A DNA stretch of 63,131 bases from Patescibacteria group bacterium (GCA_038064735.1 JBBTSI010000010.1:1-63131), one strand, 5' to 3'; positions 55,518 through 63,097 are shown, numbered from the stretch's first letter. Made by a program: numbers and translations. The notes: generated by a model from the sequence alone, not told the origin.

Positions 55518-55585
55518 ATTATTAGAAATTTAAAACTTAATAAATTGTTTAAGATATTGTCCCCGTGATTTCTAACGGGATTCAT
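55513..55585 (-). mobile_element. MITE-like inverted-repeat element, copy E6 (proximal arm decayed), with ATGAA duplication
   Basis: Gene strand: ATGAA-T-CCCGTTAGAAAT-cac-GGGGAC ... ATTTCTAATAAT-ATGAA. The mini-ORF stop TGA overlaps the tspO ATG (ATATGA). Confidence 0.65.
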
Positions 55586-55628
55586 AGTTTAATTATACTC
55601 CTTTTTAAATAAATTTTGGATAAATAAC

Positions 55629-55664
55629 CGAACGGCTCAACGACTGGTGTCGTTGAGCCGTTCG
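55629..55664 (-). terminator. terminator hairpin, conserved-stem family
   Basis: CGAACGGCTCAACGAC-tggt-GTCGTTGAGCCGTTCG, 15 nt after the stop at 55679. Confidence 0.65.
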
Positions 55665-55678
55665 AGCAAAAAACCCAA

Positions 55679-56068
55679 TTAGACCTTCGTATAGTATACT
55701 TTGGAACCAGTTTTGCCCATCTGAACTATCTTCCCTTCCTTTTCCAATTGGTCCAAATAATTCTCCGTCGTAGCATCAGAGACTCCTAACAAACTCTGCA
55801 CTTCATCATTAGTCACTTTCTCCCGTCCATTAAAATAATTTAAAATTTTCCCCAAATTATCAGCTTTCTCTTTCGCTTGTTTCTCCATCAAAGTCTGTTT
55901 ACCCTCCTTGTCCGACGAAGTAGAAGCTTCATCATTAGGAATAAAAAAGTAAATAAACCAAACAAACCATACTACCCAAATCGCCTGCACCCAATCACCA
56001 CTCATTATCCCAGGTATACCCTGAAATCCCATGAACCCCATAAATCCAAATAATTTTTTATTTAGCAT
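55679..56068 (-). CDS. membrane-anchored winged-helix (DeoR-like HTH) protein
   Basis: N-terminal TM segments; C-terminal VTNDEVQSLLGVSDATTENYLDQLEKEGKI. Confidence 0.55.
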   Translation of the reverse strand: MLNKKLFGFMGFMGFQGIPGIMSGDWVQAIWVVWFVWFIYFFIPNDEASTSSDKEGKQTLMEKQAKEKADNLGKILNYFNGREKVTNDEVQSLLGVSDATTENYLDQLEKEGKIVQMGKTGSKVYYTKV

Positions 56069-56082
56069 ATATTATAAATTTA

Positions 56083-56586
56083 TTACAATTGAATCCCTTT
56101 ATTAACTATATACCTCTGGACTGCTTCAATATCGATGAGCTGATGTTCCCCATTTAATTCTTTTTTGTAAGCCACCAAATCTCTTGGATCAATGAAAGAA
56201 ACATCAGTACCATCAACATTTACAGAAACACTAGGAAAGTTTCTGAATTTATCTTTAGTTTGAAACCATTCAGTTTCTTCTTTATTACTCATTCGCAATG
56301 TATCTATATCAGTTATATCTATTTCCTGCCCTTCATATTCAAGCGTGAGTCCATCACAATCCCATTTTTCATCAGAATAATGTTTGAGTTCGTAAGTTAT
56401 GTAATCAGAAATTTCGGGCAGAATATCGGGAAAGTATTTTCCCGGAAAAGTAATATCAATATCGTTAATTGGGCGATTGGCACCATAAATGTGTGCCGCA
56501 AAACCTCCGCCAATTCTATACGGAACATTATGTTTTGTGAGAATGTCTACAATCCAATGTAGTGCGTTTAATGTCTTCCCTTCCAT
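56083..56586 (-). CDS. nucleotidyltransferase-fold protein (aminoglycoside/lincosamide NTase-like)
   Basis: NVPYRIGGGFAAHIYGANRPINDIDI (G[GS]x9-13DxD pattern). Confidence 0.5.
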   Translation of the reverse strand: MEGKTLNALHWIVDILTKHNVPYRIGGGFAAHIYGANRPINDIDITFPGKYFPDILPEISDYITYELKHYSDEKWDCDGLTLEYEGQEIDITDIDTLRMSNKEETEWFQTKDKFRNFPSVSVNVDGTDVSFIDPRDLVAYKKELNGEHQLIDIEAVQRYIVNKGIQL

Positions 56587-56668
56587 ATATTTATCTAAAC
56601 ATTTTATTTTCGACTATCTTACCAAACCCAAATCTGTTTAAAGTAAGCTCAATATCTATGACCACAAT

Positions 56669-56908
56669 TTAAGCAGCTAGATATTCAAGATGTTTCTTAA
56701 ATTTGTTTTCTAGTTCTTCTTTAGAAAAGTGACCTTTCCCCAACTTTTCCTCAAAAACATCAATTTCTTCCTTCGCTTGTTCAGGACTAATATAGGACAG
56801 ATAATCCTCCATTTCCATACTGTCATAACTGTCACCCATCAAGGATTCTAATCTTTTATTATTTTCCAAGCTTAACTGCACACGATTATCCATATTTTCC
56901 ATTCCCAT
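56669..56908 (-). CDS. small acidic hypothetical protein
   Basis: 79-aa ORF; no motif. Confidence 0.35.
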   Translation of the reverse strand: MGMENMDNRVQLSLENNKRLESLMGDSYDSMEMEDYLSYISPEQAKEEIDVFEEKLGKGHFSKEELENKFKKHLEYLAA

Positions 56909-57035
56909 AAAATTTAAGTTAATTCTAATAAACTAAATCGTACCTTTATTTTACTTGTCCCGCCGACTTTGTCCATCGAAGCTCGAACGCAAGGAGATGC
57001 GAAGTTGGGAGCTATGCAATAGCGAAGGAGGACCA

Positions 57036-57076
57036 TTTTTTAAAAAGAAAATGGCGGATCTTGGAAGACCCGCCAT
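57036..57076 (-). terminator. Rho-independent terminator after the 57141 gene
   Basis: Minus strand ATGGCGGGTCTT-cc-AAGATCCGCCAT followed by TTTCTTTTT. Confidence 0.6.
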
Positions 57077-57140
57077 TGCTATAACGGAAATAACCCGTTT
57101 TTGTAAAACTATTTGTAGAAACCGAAGCCGGCCGGATTTT

Positions 57141-57737
57141 TTAGTATTGTCCTAAACCGGGGCCAGTAATTTTGTCCACAAAATGTATACGTCCACCGTA
57201 TTCGCCAAAACCGTCATTTTGAACTTCCTCAATAATGGCATACTGACCCCAAATGCGAGTCACTGCCCATGGATCAATTCCACCAAAAGGAACAGGTCCA
57301 ACATAGGCAATTTTTACGAAATACGTGTAATGATGAAGTTCACCATCGCTTCCTTCATAATCACCTTCAAAATGATTCGTAACCCAGCCCATCGACGTAC
57401 CGGTCGAAACTCCAGTTTTGGGATTCAATCCACGATCCAATTTATTGTCGCCATTGCAATCCATGTTAGCAATCCAATCGTCGCTCCACTTCATGACCAG
57501 ATTTTCGGTCCCTTCCGTTACTACCACTGCCGGGCGGCTGTAATTTTCGTATAACCCGTTGAAGATATGCGCTTGGTAGTTGTAACCGTACTTGTCGTAA
57601 CCCACTGTAATCTGGTTACCCTTCACATCGGTGATACCGCCGGACTGAATTTTGACACACTGCTGAGCGTAAGACATGCTTCCGAACAATAAAAAAACCG
57701 TCAGGACGGTGAATACTACAAGAAACTTCGTTTTCAT
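57141..57737 (-). CDS. secreted hypothetical protein in a GC-richer segment
   Basis: 198 aa; signal peptide MKTKFLVVFTVLTVFLLFGSMSYAQ; strong SD AAGGAGGGAG 8-10 nt upstream, unlike most genes here. Confidence 0.6.
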   Translation of the reverse strand: MKTKFLVVFTVLTVFLLFGSMSYAQQCVKIQSGGITDVKGNQITVGYDKYGYNYQAHIFNGLYENYSRPAVVVTEGTENLVMKWSDDWIANMDCNGDNKLDRGLNPKTGVSTGTSMGWVTNHFEGDYEGSDGELHHYTYFVKIAYVGPVPFGGIDPWAVTRIWGQYAIIEEVQNDGFGEYGGRIHFVDKITGPGLGQY

Positions 57738-57888
57738 ATGTTCGCTCCCTCCTTGGAAGCTGAAAAGTTATTTTTCTTCAATAGTTTGTGTAAGGTGCTC
57801 TAACTTCCTACACACTAACATATCGTTTGATTCGTGTCAACATTCGTATAACAAAGGAAATCAAATCTTAAAGAGTTATAATTACAAT

Positions 57889-58527
57889 ATGAAAAAAAGA
57901 AAACCTCCAAAAGACATCAACAGATTATTTAACCTTGGTTTAATCAAACTTGAAGCTGATTTTGAATCTTTACCGAAAGAAACTATAGAACTCTTTATAA
58001 ACAAAAAATATAAGAAATGTTTAGTGTACTTAAATAAAGTTTTGGATGAAAATCCATACAATATAGGTGCTTTACTTTATAAATCGATAATCCTGAAATA
58101 TCGCGAAAAATACCAAGAATCTAACAATTGTTTAGATTTATTTATAAACCAATTTCAATATTTTTCTTATGCCCATCAATATCAAGCTGAAAATTATTTA
58201 AAACTTGGTAAATATGAAGAAGCCATGGAAGCCTGCAAAGGATGCCTCTTTATAAATAAGGATAATCCATACATATGGGGTCTCGTCAGTTTGAGTTGTT
58301 TTTTAAGAGATAAAAAATCGCTCGCTTATGCTTTCTTAGAAGAAGCCGAAAAATATGTCAAAAAAGACAAAGGCCAATTGTATCTTATCAGAGGATTTCT
58401 AGAAAAAACCGAAGGGAGAAAAGAGGATGCGCTGATTAGTTTTATGCAATCAAGAGAGCTAATAAAAGAAAACGATGGTTTTTTTGCTTCAGAAATATAC
58501 AATTTATTAAAAAATGAAAACATATAA
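57889..58527 (+). CDS. TPR-repeat protein
   Basis: Repeated 34-residue helical pattern (AENYLKLGKYEEAMEACKGCL...). The ATG at 57889 is preferred; the track ORF from 57676 overlaps the divergent gene. Confidence 0.6.
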   Translation: MKKRKPPKDINRLFNLGLIKLEADFESLPKETIELFINKKYKKCLVYLNKVLDENPYNIGALLYKSIILKYREKYQESNNCLDLFINQFQYFSYAHQYQAENYLKLGKYEEAMEACKGCLFINKDNPYIWGLVSLSCFLRDKKSLAYAFLEEAEKYVKKDKGQLYLIRGFLEKTEGRKEDALISFMQSRELIKENDGFFASEIYNLLKNENI

Positions 58528-58609
58528 AATCCTGATACTTGAAGATGATTTAGAAACTTTCACCAAAAATCTCTCCGCAGAAATCAAAGATTTTTTGATT
58601 CAAAAATAA
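58514..58609 (+). pseudogene. possible remnant of a response-regulator receiver N-terminus
   Basis: 31-codon ORF MKTYKILILEDDLETFTKNLSAEIKDFLIQK stop. KILILEDD resembles the first receiver strand. Confidence 0.25.
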
Positions 58610-58675
58610 TTTAAAAACTACCTCTCCGACAAAATTGGTGAAAAAGTAGAGGTGTGTTGGTATTAGAAATTATTT

Positions 58676-59242
58676 TTAAATTTTAGATTGGAGAATTATT
58701 GGCAGAACCTCTAAAAATAAGTCCTTACTAAAATTCAGAATCCAAATAAGAATAGATTTTATTATTTCCCAATTTTTGTTAGGTTTATTCAATTCATCTC
58801 TAAGTTCTCTAAGTTTTGTTTTTTGTTCTTCATCATCAGCCTTATCAATCAGATTATTTATTGTATAGTCTATATTTATAGAAAGTTCATTCTGATTTTT
58901 ATTAAAGATTGCAATATTTGGTGAAGATTGATTATTAATGCTACCAAACCCATACTCTTCTTCTAATCTTCCTATTGTTCTACCAATTTGTGGCCTTACT
59001 GAGGCACTATAATAGAAAGGTTCTACTGTGTGGTTATGGGTCGGGACAATAGCTTCGTGAGTAACTTTATTCCTAGAATAATCCGTACCTGTTACATCCG
59101 ACAATTCATCAATTGATGAATTAAATTGCTTTACAATAAAAGAAGAAATGTAAGAATCTTGGTTAGGTAAAGGTATTTGACTAAGTAGACCCTTAATATC
59201 CCCATATATTGATTTGATTTTTGTAAGTTGTATTTCTGCCAT
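58676..59242 (-). CDS. hypothetical protein, third gene of the MazG / DUF2075-S24 operon
   Basis: 188 aa from the ATG at 59242 (track start 59326 overlaps the upstream gene); 25-nt gap to the upstream stop; C-terminal amphipathic/hydrophobic helix IIKSILIWILNFSKDLFLEVLPIIL. Confidence 0.5.
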   Translation of the reverse strand: MAEIQLTKIKSIYGDIKGLLSQIPLPNQDSYISSFIVKQFNSSIDELSDVTGTDYSRNKVTHEAIVPTHNHTVEPFYYSASVRPQIGRTIGRLEEEYGFGSINNQSSPNIAIFNKNQNELSINIDYTINNLIDKADDEEQKTKLRELRDELNKPNKNWEIIKSILIWILNFSKDLFLEVLPIILQSKI

Positions 59243-59267
59243 TATACGATTTTTTAAATTTATAAAA

Positions 59268-61616
59268 CTATTTTTTACTAGAATCATTATCCAATACTTC
59301 CTGTACAACTCCCTGAACACTATCACCTTCTTCTGGTATTATTGGTTTGTGATTTTTGTTTGTACTTTTGGGAAGCAGGATTCTACGTCCTTCTTTTTTG
59401 TCATACATTTTTATAGTGACATTATCACCAAGGAGAGCAACTACTTTATCACCTGTTTCTGCTTTTAATTGTTGGCGGCAAAGAACAAGATCGCCATCAT
59501 TAATACCAGCAAGGTTCATTGAGTCACCAACTGCCCGTAAAACATAATATGAATAACCTTTCTTAATTTTACTTTTTTCTACATCAATATACTCTTCAAT
59601 ATTTTCTTGTCCCAAAAAAGGATTACCACATGGAGCCATACCAAGCAAAGGTAGACTAATCATTTCTGGTGTATATGGAGAAACAATTTCTTTTGCGATA
59701 AATTTATCGATGGAAACCATGTTTTCAATTCTGCTTTTGAAAAATTTCTCTGTTTCTTTATCTACAAAATAAACATAGCAACCTTTCATGCCTCTAGTCA
59801 TCAAGACGCGATAAATATTTTTTACATGTTTTTCAAAATTTTCTCTATTTCTTTTTAACATAGGGTCGGCTGTTGCTAAAATATTGCCTTCAAGCCGATT
59901 TGTTTTTGGATTATAAATAAGATCATCCCCAACAATAACGCCAATATAATCAAATTCAAAACCTTGTGCAGTATAAATACATCCAACTTGTTTTATTCCT
60001 TCATTTTTATATGCCCATTCATACCATTTAGCATATCCCTTGGGTGGTTTAATTTTGTCGTGTGTTTCCCAAGGCATAGAAAAGTCACCTATAACAACAT
60101 CCCTAACAAGTTCTCCATTTGAATCTAATTTTTGAGACCAAGGCCAACAAAAACCAGCTACTAAACGTGCAAAATTTCCTTTTCCGGGATTTTCTTTTTT
60201 TCCTTGTTCTTCTTTTTTAAGAAGCGCATCATAAAGTTCCTTTGGAGAATTGAAAATTTTAAAATCAAATTTTTCTGTCTCTGAAAGAATTTTTTCTTCT
60301 TGATCATAACCGAGTGTCGATTCTAACCATTTTAAATAATCGTTGGATCCCATACAACGAAATTGAGTTTCTAGAGTTATTTCATCAATTGAACATCCAA
60401 ACATTTTAGCTGTTTCTCTAATAAGATCTGCACTTCCAATTTCCAATGATCGTATATTTTGCATATCATCAATAAAAAATACAGAAGTTTTTGCAAAACG
60501 AATAATCTGATCAATCTGTGGCATATCTGTTCTATCATCTTTTTTTGTAAATTGATTATTACTAGTTTTTCCAATCCTATGGGCTTCATCAATTAAAACA
60601 ATATCTCCTTCATTCTCTTTGACTTTTGATGGAATAAATCTATTCAGATTAGAAATTAGTTTTTCTGCTTCTTTTCCAACCAAATTAGTTAGCCCACTTA
60701 CAAATGGCTTAGATTTACAAGCATAAAAAGCTTTTAATCTTCTTTTTGCTGATTCTGCTAAAATATTTAAAGCTATAACAGATTTTCCTGTTCCAGGACC
60801 ACCATGTACGATAATAACTGCTTTTTTATCTCCTTTTTGGGTTTTATTTATTTTTGACCAAATTATATTTTTAGCAACCAACTGTTCATTTAATAAAGAA
60901 AAAACTGCTTCATTAGAAATTATTTTCGATACACTTTCCAAAAGTTTTTTTGAAGGAGTTATCGGGCTTTGCATAAAACGATTAAAGACTTCAAAGCCAT
61001 CACCTTTAGCCAATAATTTTTTTATTTTTTCAGCTAAAAATACAGTATCATTTTCAGTATATATTGGATAATCTTTTATTAATTCCTCATAAATTGGAGC
61101 AAAAAGACCCTCATTGCCCGTCTTTAGATAATTGTGACAATATGCGCAACTAAATAGGAATAAGGGTTCTTTATTTTCAAATTCCGCAACAAAACTTTTT
61201 AAGTATCCCTCGTAACCCTTAATTTGTTGTGATGGGTGAGAAACAATTCTTGTGTTTCCACCAGTGTAAGTTTCAACAAAATTTCCTTCATCTTCAAGAT
61301 CTTTCACACTTGTCCATTGTTTTAATTCAATAAGAACTATATTATCAATATTTTTCTCATCTTTTCCAAAAAGAAGACAATCTATTCTGCCAGTATTATA
61401 TGGAACTTCATATTCAAGAGCTATATTTATATTTTCAATATCGGCTATTTCAATTAAATCTTTGATTTTTGGCAAAGAATTTCGCCAAGAATTTATTTCT
61501 GGTTGACCTGGTTCTCTTCCAAAAGAAGACTTAAAGGAATCTACCATTAATCCTGTTAGTTTATTTTCTCTAACATTATTTATAAAAGTAGTCCCGTCAG
61601 ATTTATAGATCAGCAT
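59268..61616 (-). CDS. DUF2075 (Schlafen-type) ATPase/helicase with N-terminal PD-(D/E)xK-like module, fused to a C-terminal LexA/UmuD-type S24 peptidase domain
   Basis: GRIDCLLFG...IVLIELKQW; Walker A HGGPGTGKS; Walker B VLIDEAHRI; CIYTAQGFEFDYIGVIVG. C-terminus: MAPCGNPF (UmuD-like Cys-Gly site, codons at 59625-59630), GDSM (Ser at 59520-59522), VTIKMY (Lys). Confidence 0.75.
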   Translation of the reverse strand: MLIYKSDGTTFINNVRENKLTGLMVDSFKSSFGREPGQPEINSWRNSLPKIKDLIEIADIENINIALEYEVPYNTGRIDCLLFGKDEKNIDNIVLIELKQWTSVKDLEDEGNFVETYTGGNTRIVSHPSQQIKGYEGYLKSFVAEFENKEPLFLFSCAYCHNYLKTGNEGLFAPIYEELIKDYPIYTENDTVFLAEKIKKLLAKGDGFEVFNRFMQSPITPSKKLLESVSKIISNEAVFSLLNEQLVAKNIIWSKINKTQKGDKKAVIIVHGGPGTGKSVIALNILAESAKRRLKAFYACKSKPFVSGLTNLVGKEAEKLISNLNRFIPSKVKENEGDIVLIDEAHRIGKTSNNQFTKKDDRTDMPQIDQIIRFAKTSVFFIDDMQNIRSLEIGSADLIRETAKMFGCSIDEITLETQFRCMGSNDYLKWLESTLGYDQEEKILSETEKFDFKIFNSPKELYDALLKKEEQGKKENPGKGNFARLVAGFCWPWSQKLDSNGELVRDVVIGDFSMPWETHDKIKPPKGYAKWYEWAYKNEGIKQVGCIYTAQGFEFDYIGVIVGDDLIYNPKTNRLEGNILATADPMLKRNRENFEKHVKNIYRVLMTRGMKGCYVYFVDKETEKFFKSRIENMVSIDKFIAKEIVSPYTPEMISLPLLGMAPCGNPFLGQENIEEYIDVEKSKIKKGYSYYVLRAVGDSMNLAGINDGDLVLCRQQLKAETGDKVVALLGDNVTIKMYDKKEGRRILLPKSTNKNHKPIIPEEGDSVQGVVQEVLDNDSSKK

Positions 61617-61621
61617 ATGAT

Positions 61622-61978
61622 TTACAACTTATTATATTTCGTATGTTTACCTTTAGCTTTTGCGACTGGATATTTCTTTTTGTTGCCCTCTATCTTTTTG
61701 TTCGAAGCTTTTACTATGTCTATGCCAATATCATGACTCATTATCAAAACCCAATTAAATACATCAGCCAGTTCTTCTCCTATATCGTCTTTGTTTGATT
61801 TAACATATTTTTCTATCTCCTCTTTAGACTTCCACTGAAAATGCTCTAGAACTTCTGCCGCCTCAAGAGTAAGAGAAAGTGCAAGGTCTTTAGGATTGTG
61901 AAATTGCTTCCAATCTCGAGCATTTCTAAAATCAATCAAGCTCTTTGTTATCTTTTTTATAGGGTCCATAATACTCAA
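61622..61978 (-). CDS. MazG-like nucleoside triphosphate pyrophosphohydrolase (small all-alpha type)
   Basis: FRNARDWKQFHNPKDLALSLTLEAAEVLEHFQW...IGEELADVF (EExxE...EExxD). TTG start at 61978 has GGAGG 6 nt upstream; alternative ATG at 61969. Stop is 5 nt before the next gene. Confidence 0.75.
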   Translation of the reverse strand: MSIMDPIKKITKSLIDFRNARDWKQFHNPKDLALSLTLEAAEVLEHFQWKSKEEIEKYVKSNKDDIGEELADVFNWVLIMSHDIGIDIVKASNKKIEGNKKKYPVAKAKGKHTKYNKL

Positions 61979-62003
61979 ACTATACCTCCAAAACCTTCAT
62001 TTT

Positions 62004-62087
62004 TCAATCCCGTTAGAGATAATCTGCCTAGGGCAGGTGCCGAAACATAAGTTTCGGATCTTTAACGGGATCAATCCCGTTAAAGAT
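62004..62087 (-). mobile_element. divergent copy E7 of the inverted-repeat element (AGAGAT/AAAGAT arms), flanked by ATTGA, plus an extra third arm
   Basis: Plus strand: TCAAT-CCCGTTAGAGAT...ATCTTTAACGGGA-TCAAT-CCCGTTAAAGAT. Internal hairpins CTGCC/GGCAG and CCGAAAC-ataa-GTTTCGG. Confidence 0.6.
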
Positions 62088-62130
62088 AAAGAAAAGAACA
62101 CCTAAACGACCCCAGTCGTTTAGGTGTTCT
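62085..62130 (-). terminator. strong Rho-independent terminator after the Fic gene (stem related to the GAACGGCTCAACGAC family)
   Basis: AGAACACCTAAACGAC-ccca-GTCGTTTAGGTGTTCT; on the minus strand it is followed by TTTCTTTATC. Confidence 0.75.
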
Positions 62131-62212
62131 CCTATTCCCCCCTCTTTTCTATTTCCCCTCTCTTCCCTTTTCCTTTTCCTCCCAATCATTCTCTCTTTTT
62201 GGAGAATGATTT

Positions 62213-63097
62213 TCATCCAACAAAATTTTCACTTATTTTCCAAATACCTTTCTCAAGGAAAGCTTCAATAGTTTGTCTAGTTGCTTTATTAATAAGATTA
62301 GAATGAGAGAGTTTATTTTCCTTTGCGTATTCTCTTAAAGTAACAATCTTTCCTCCTTCCAAATATGCAAGCCGTTTATGATAACTGTTGGTAAGTGCTC
62401 TTCCTACTATTTCCTCCATAATAGCCGTCCTCCCTTTTTCATCAAATTCCTTAAAAGCTTCGTAATATTTGCTTCTATCAATGAATTTAATATTAATAGG
62501 AACAAAACCTTCTCGTATTAATAAGTAGTTATTAATAACTCTCCCAATACGGCCGTTCCCATCTATAAATGGATGGGTATATTCAAAAGATAAATGCAAT
62601 CTTGCAATTCGTTTAATAATATTTTCATGGCTACTTGCGTTGTAATCTCCAAGCATTTTTCCTAATCTCTCTAAAATTTCTTTCGGAGCAGGGGCAATAT
62701 AACTGCCAACTCTGACAAATTCATTATCTTGCCTGAACCTCCCGGCAACATCATCACGAATATTTGAAATCAACATTTTATGAAGCGACAAAATAACATC
62801 GAGATTGAGTTCTTGTTCTTTAGCCTTTTTGTCTATATAAGAAACGACTCGGGCAAGATTTTTGGCTTCAAAAATTTCTCTATCGGTAATATACCTATCC
62901 AAATCTATTTGAAGAAGTATTTTTTCCGTTTCTTCTAGAGTAAGTGTGCTATTTTCAATAGCATTAGAGTTGTATACTTGTTCAGCGACTTCTGCCTCAC
63001 TTATGAGTTTAATGAGCGCCTCTTTCCCTGGTAACGTTTTATAGTACCTTTCTCTTAATGAATTGATTTTATTGAACACGGCGGATGTTTTAGCCAT
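62213..63097 (-). CDS. fic: Fic/DOC family protein (class II, intramolecular inhibitory motif)
   Basis: Active site HPFIDGNGRIGR; N-terminal SNAIEN fits the [ST]xxxE[GN] inhibitory helix motif. Confidence 0.85.
   Translation of the reverse strand: MAKTSAVFNKINSLRERYYKTLPGKEALIKLISEAEVAEQVYNSNAIENSTLTLEETEKILLQIDLDRYITDREIFEAKNLARVVSYIDKKAKEQELNLDVILSLHKMLISNIRDDVAGRFRQDNEFVRVGSYIAPAPKEILERLGKMLGDYNASSHENIIKRIARLHLSFEYTHPFIDGNGRIGRVINNYLLIREGFVPINIKFIDRSKYYEAFKEFDEKGRTAIMEEIVGRALTNSYHKRLAYLEGGKIVTLREYAKENKLSHSNLINKATRQTIEAFLEKGIWKISENFVG

Noticed and set aside
57676-57888. N-terminal 71-aa extension of the TPR ORF
   Set aside because: The extension overlaps the divergent secreted-protein gene and its SD region and has an implausible composition. 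The ATG at 57889 (MKKRKPPK...) gives a sensible start.
61979-62007. Promoter TTGAAA-17-TATAGT for the MazG operon, partly formed by the ATTGA flank of element E7
   Set aside because: The pattern is present. However, it would place the only good SD (GGAGG, 6 nt before the TTG start at 61978) inside the promoter spacer, so the two readings are mutually exclusive. It is not reported as a feature, and 5' end mapping is needed.
62028-62306. 62-aa minus-strand and 60-aa plus-strand ORFs between the Fic and MazG-like genes
   Set aside because: They span the terminator hairpin, a polypyrimidine tract and element E7. The Arg/Lys/Glu or Phe/Pro/Ser low-complexity translations indicate non-coding DNA.
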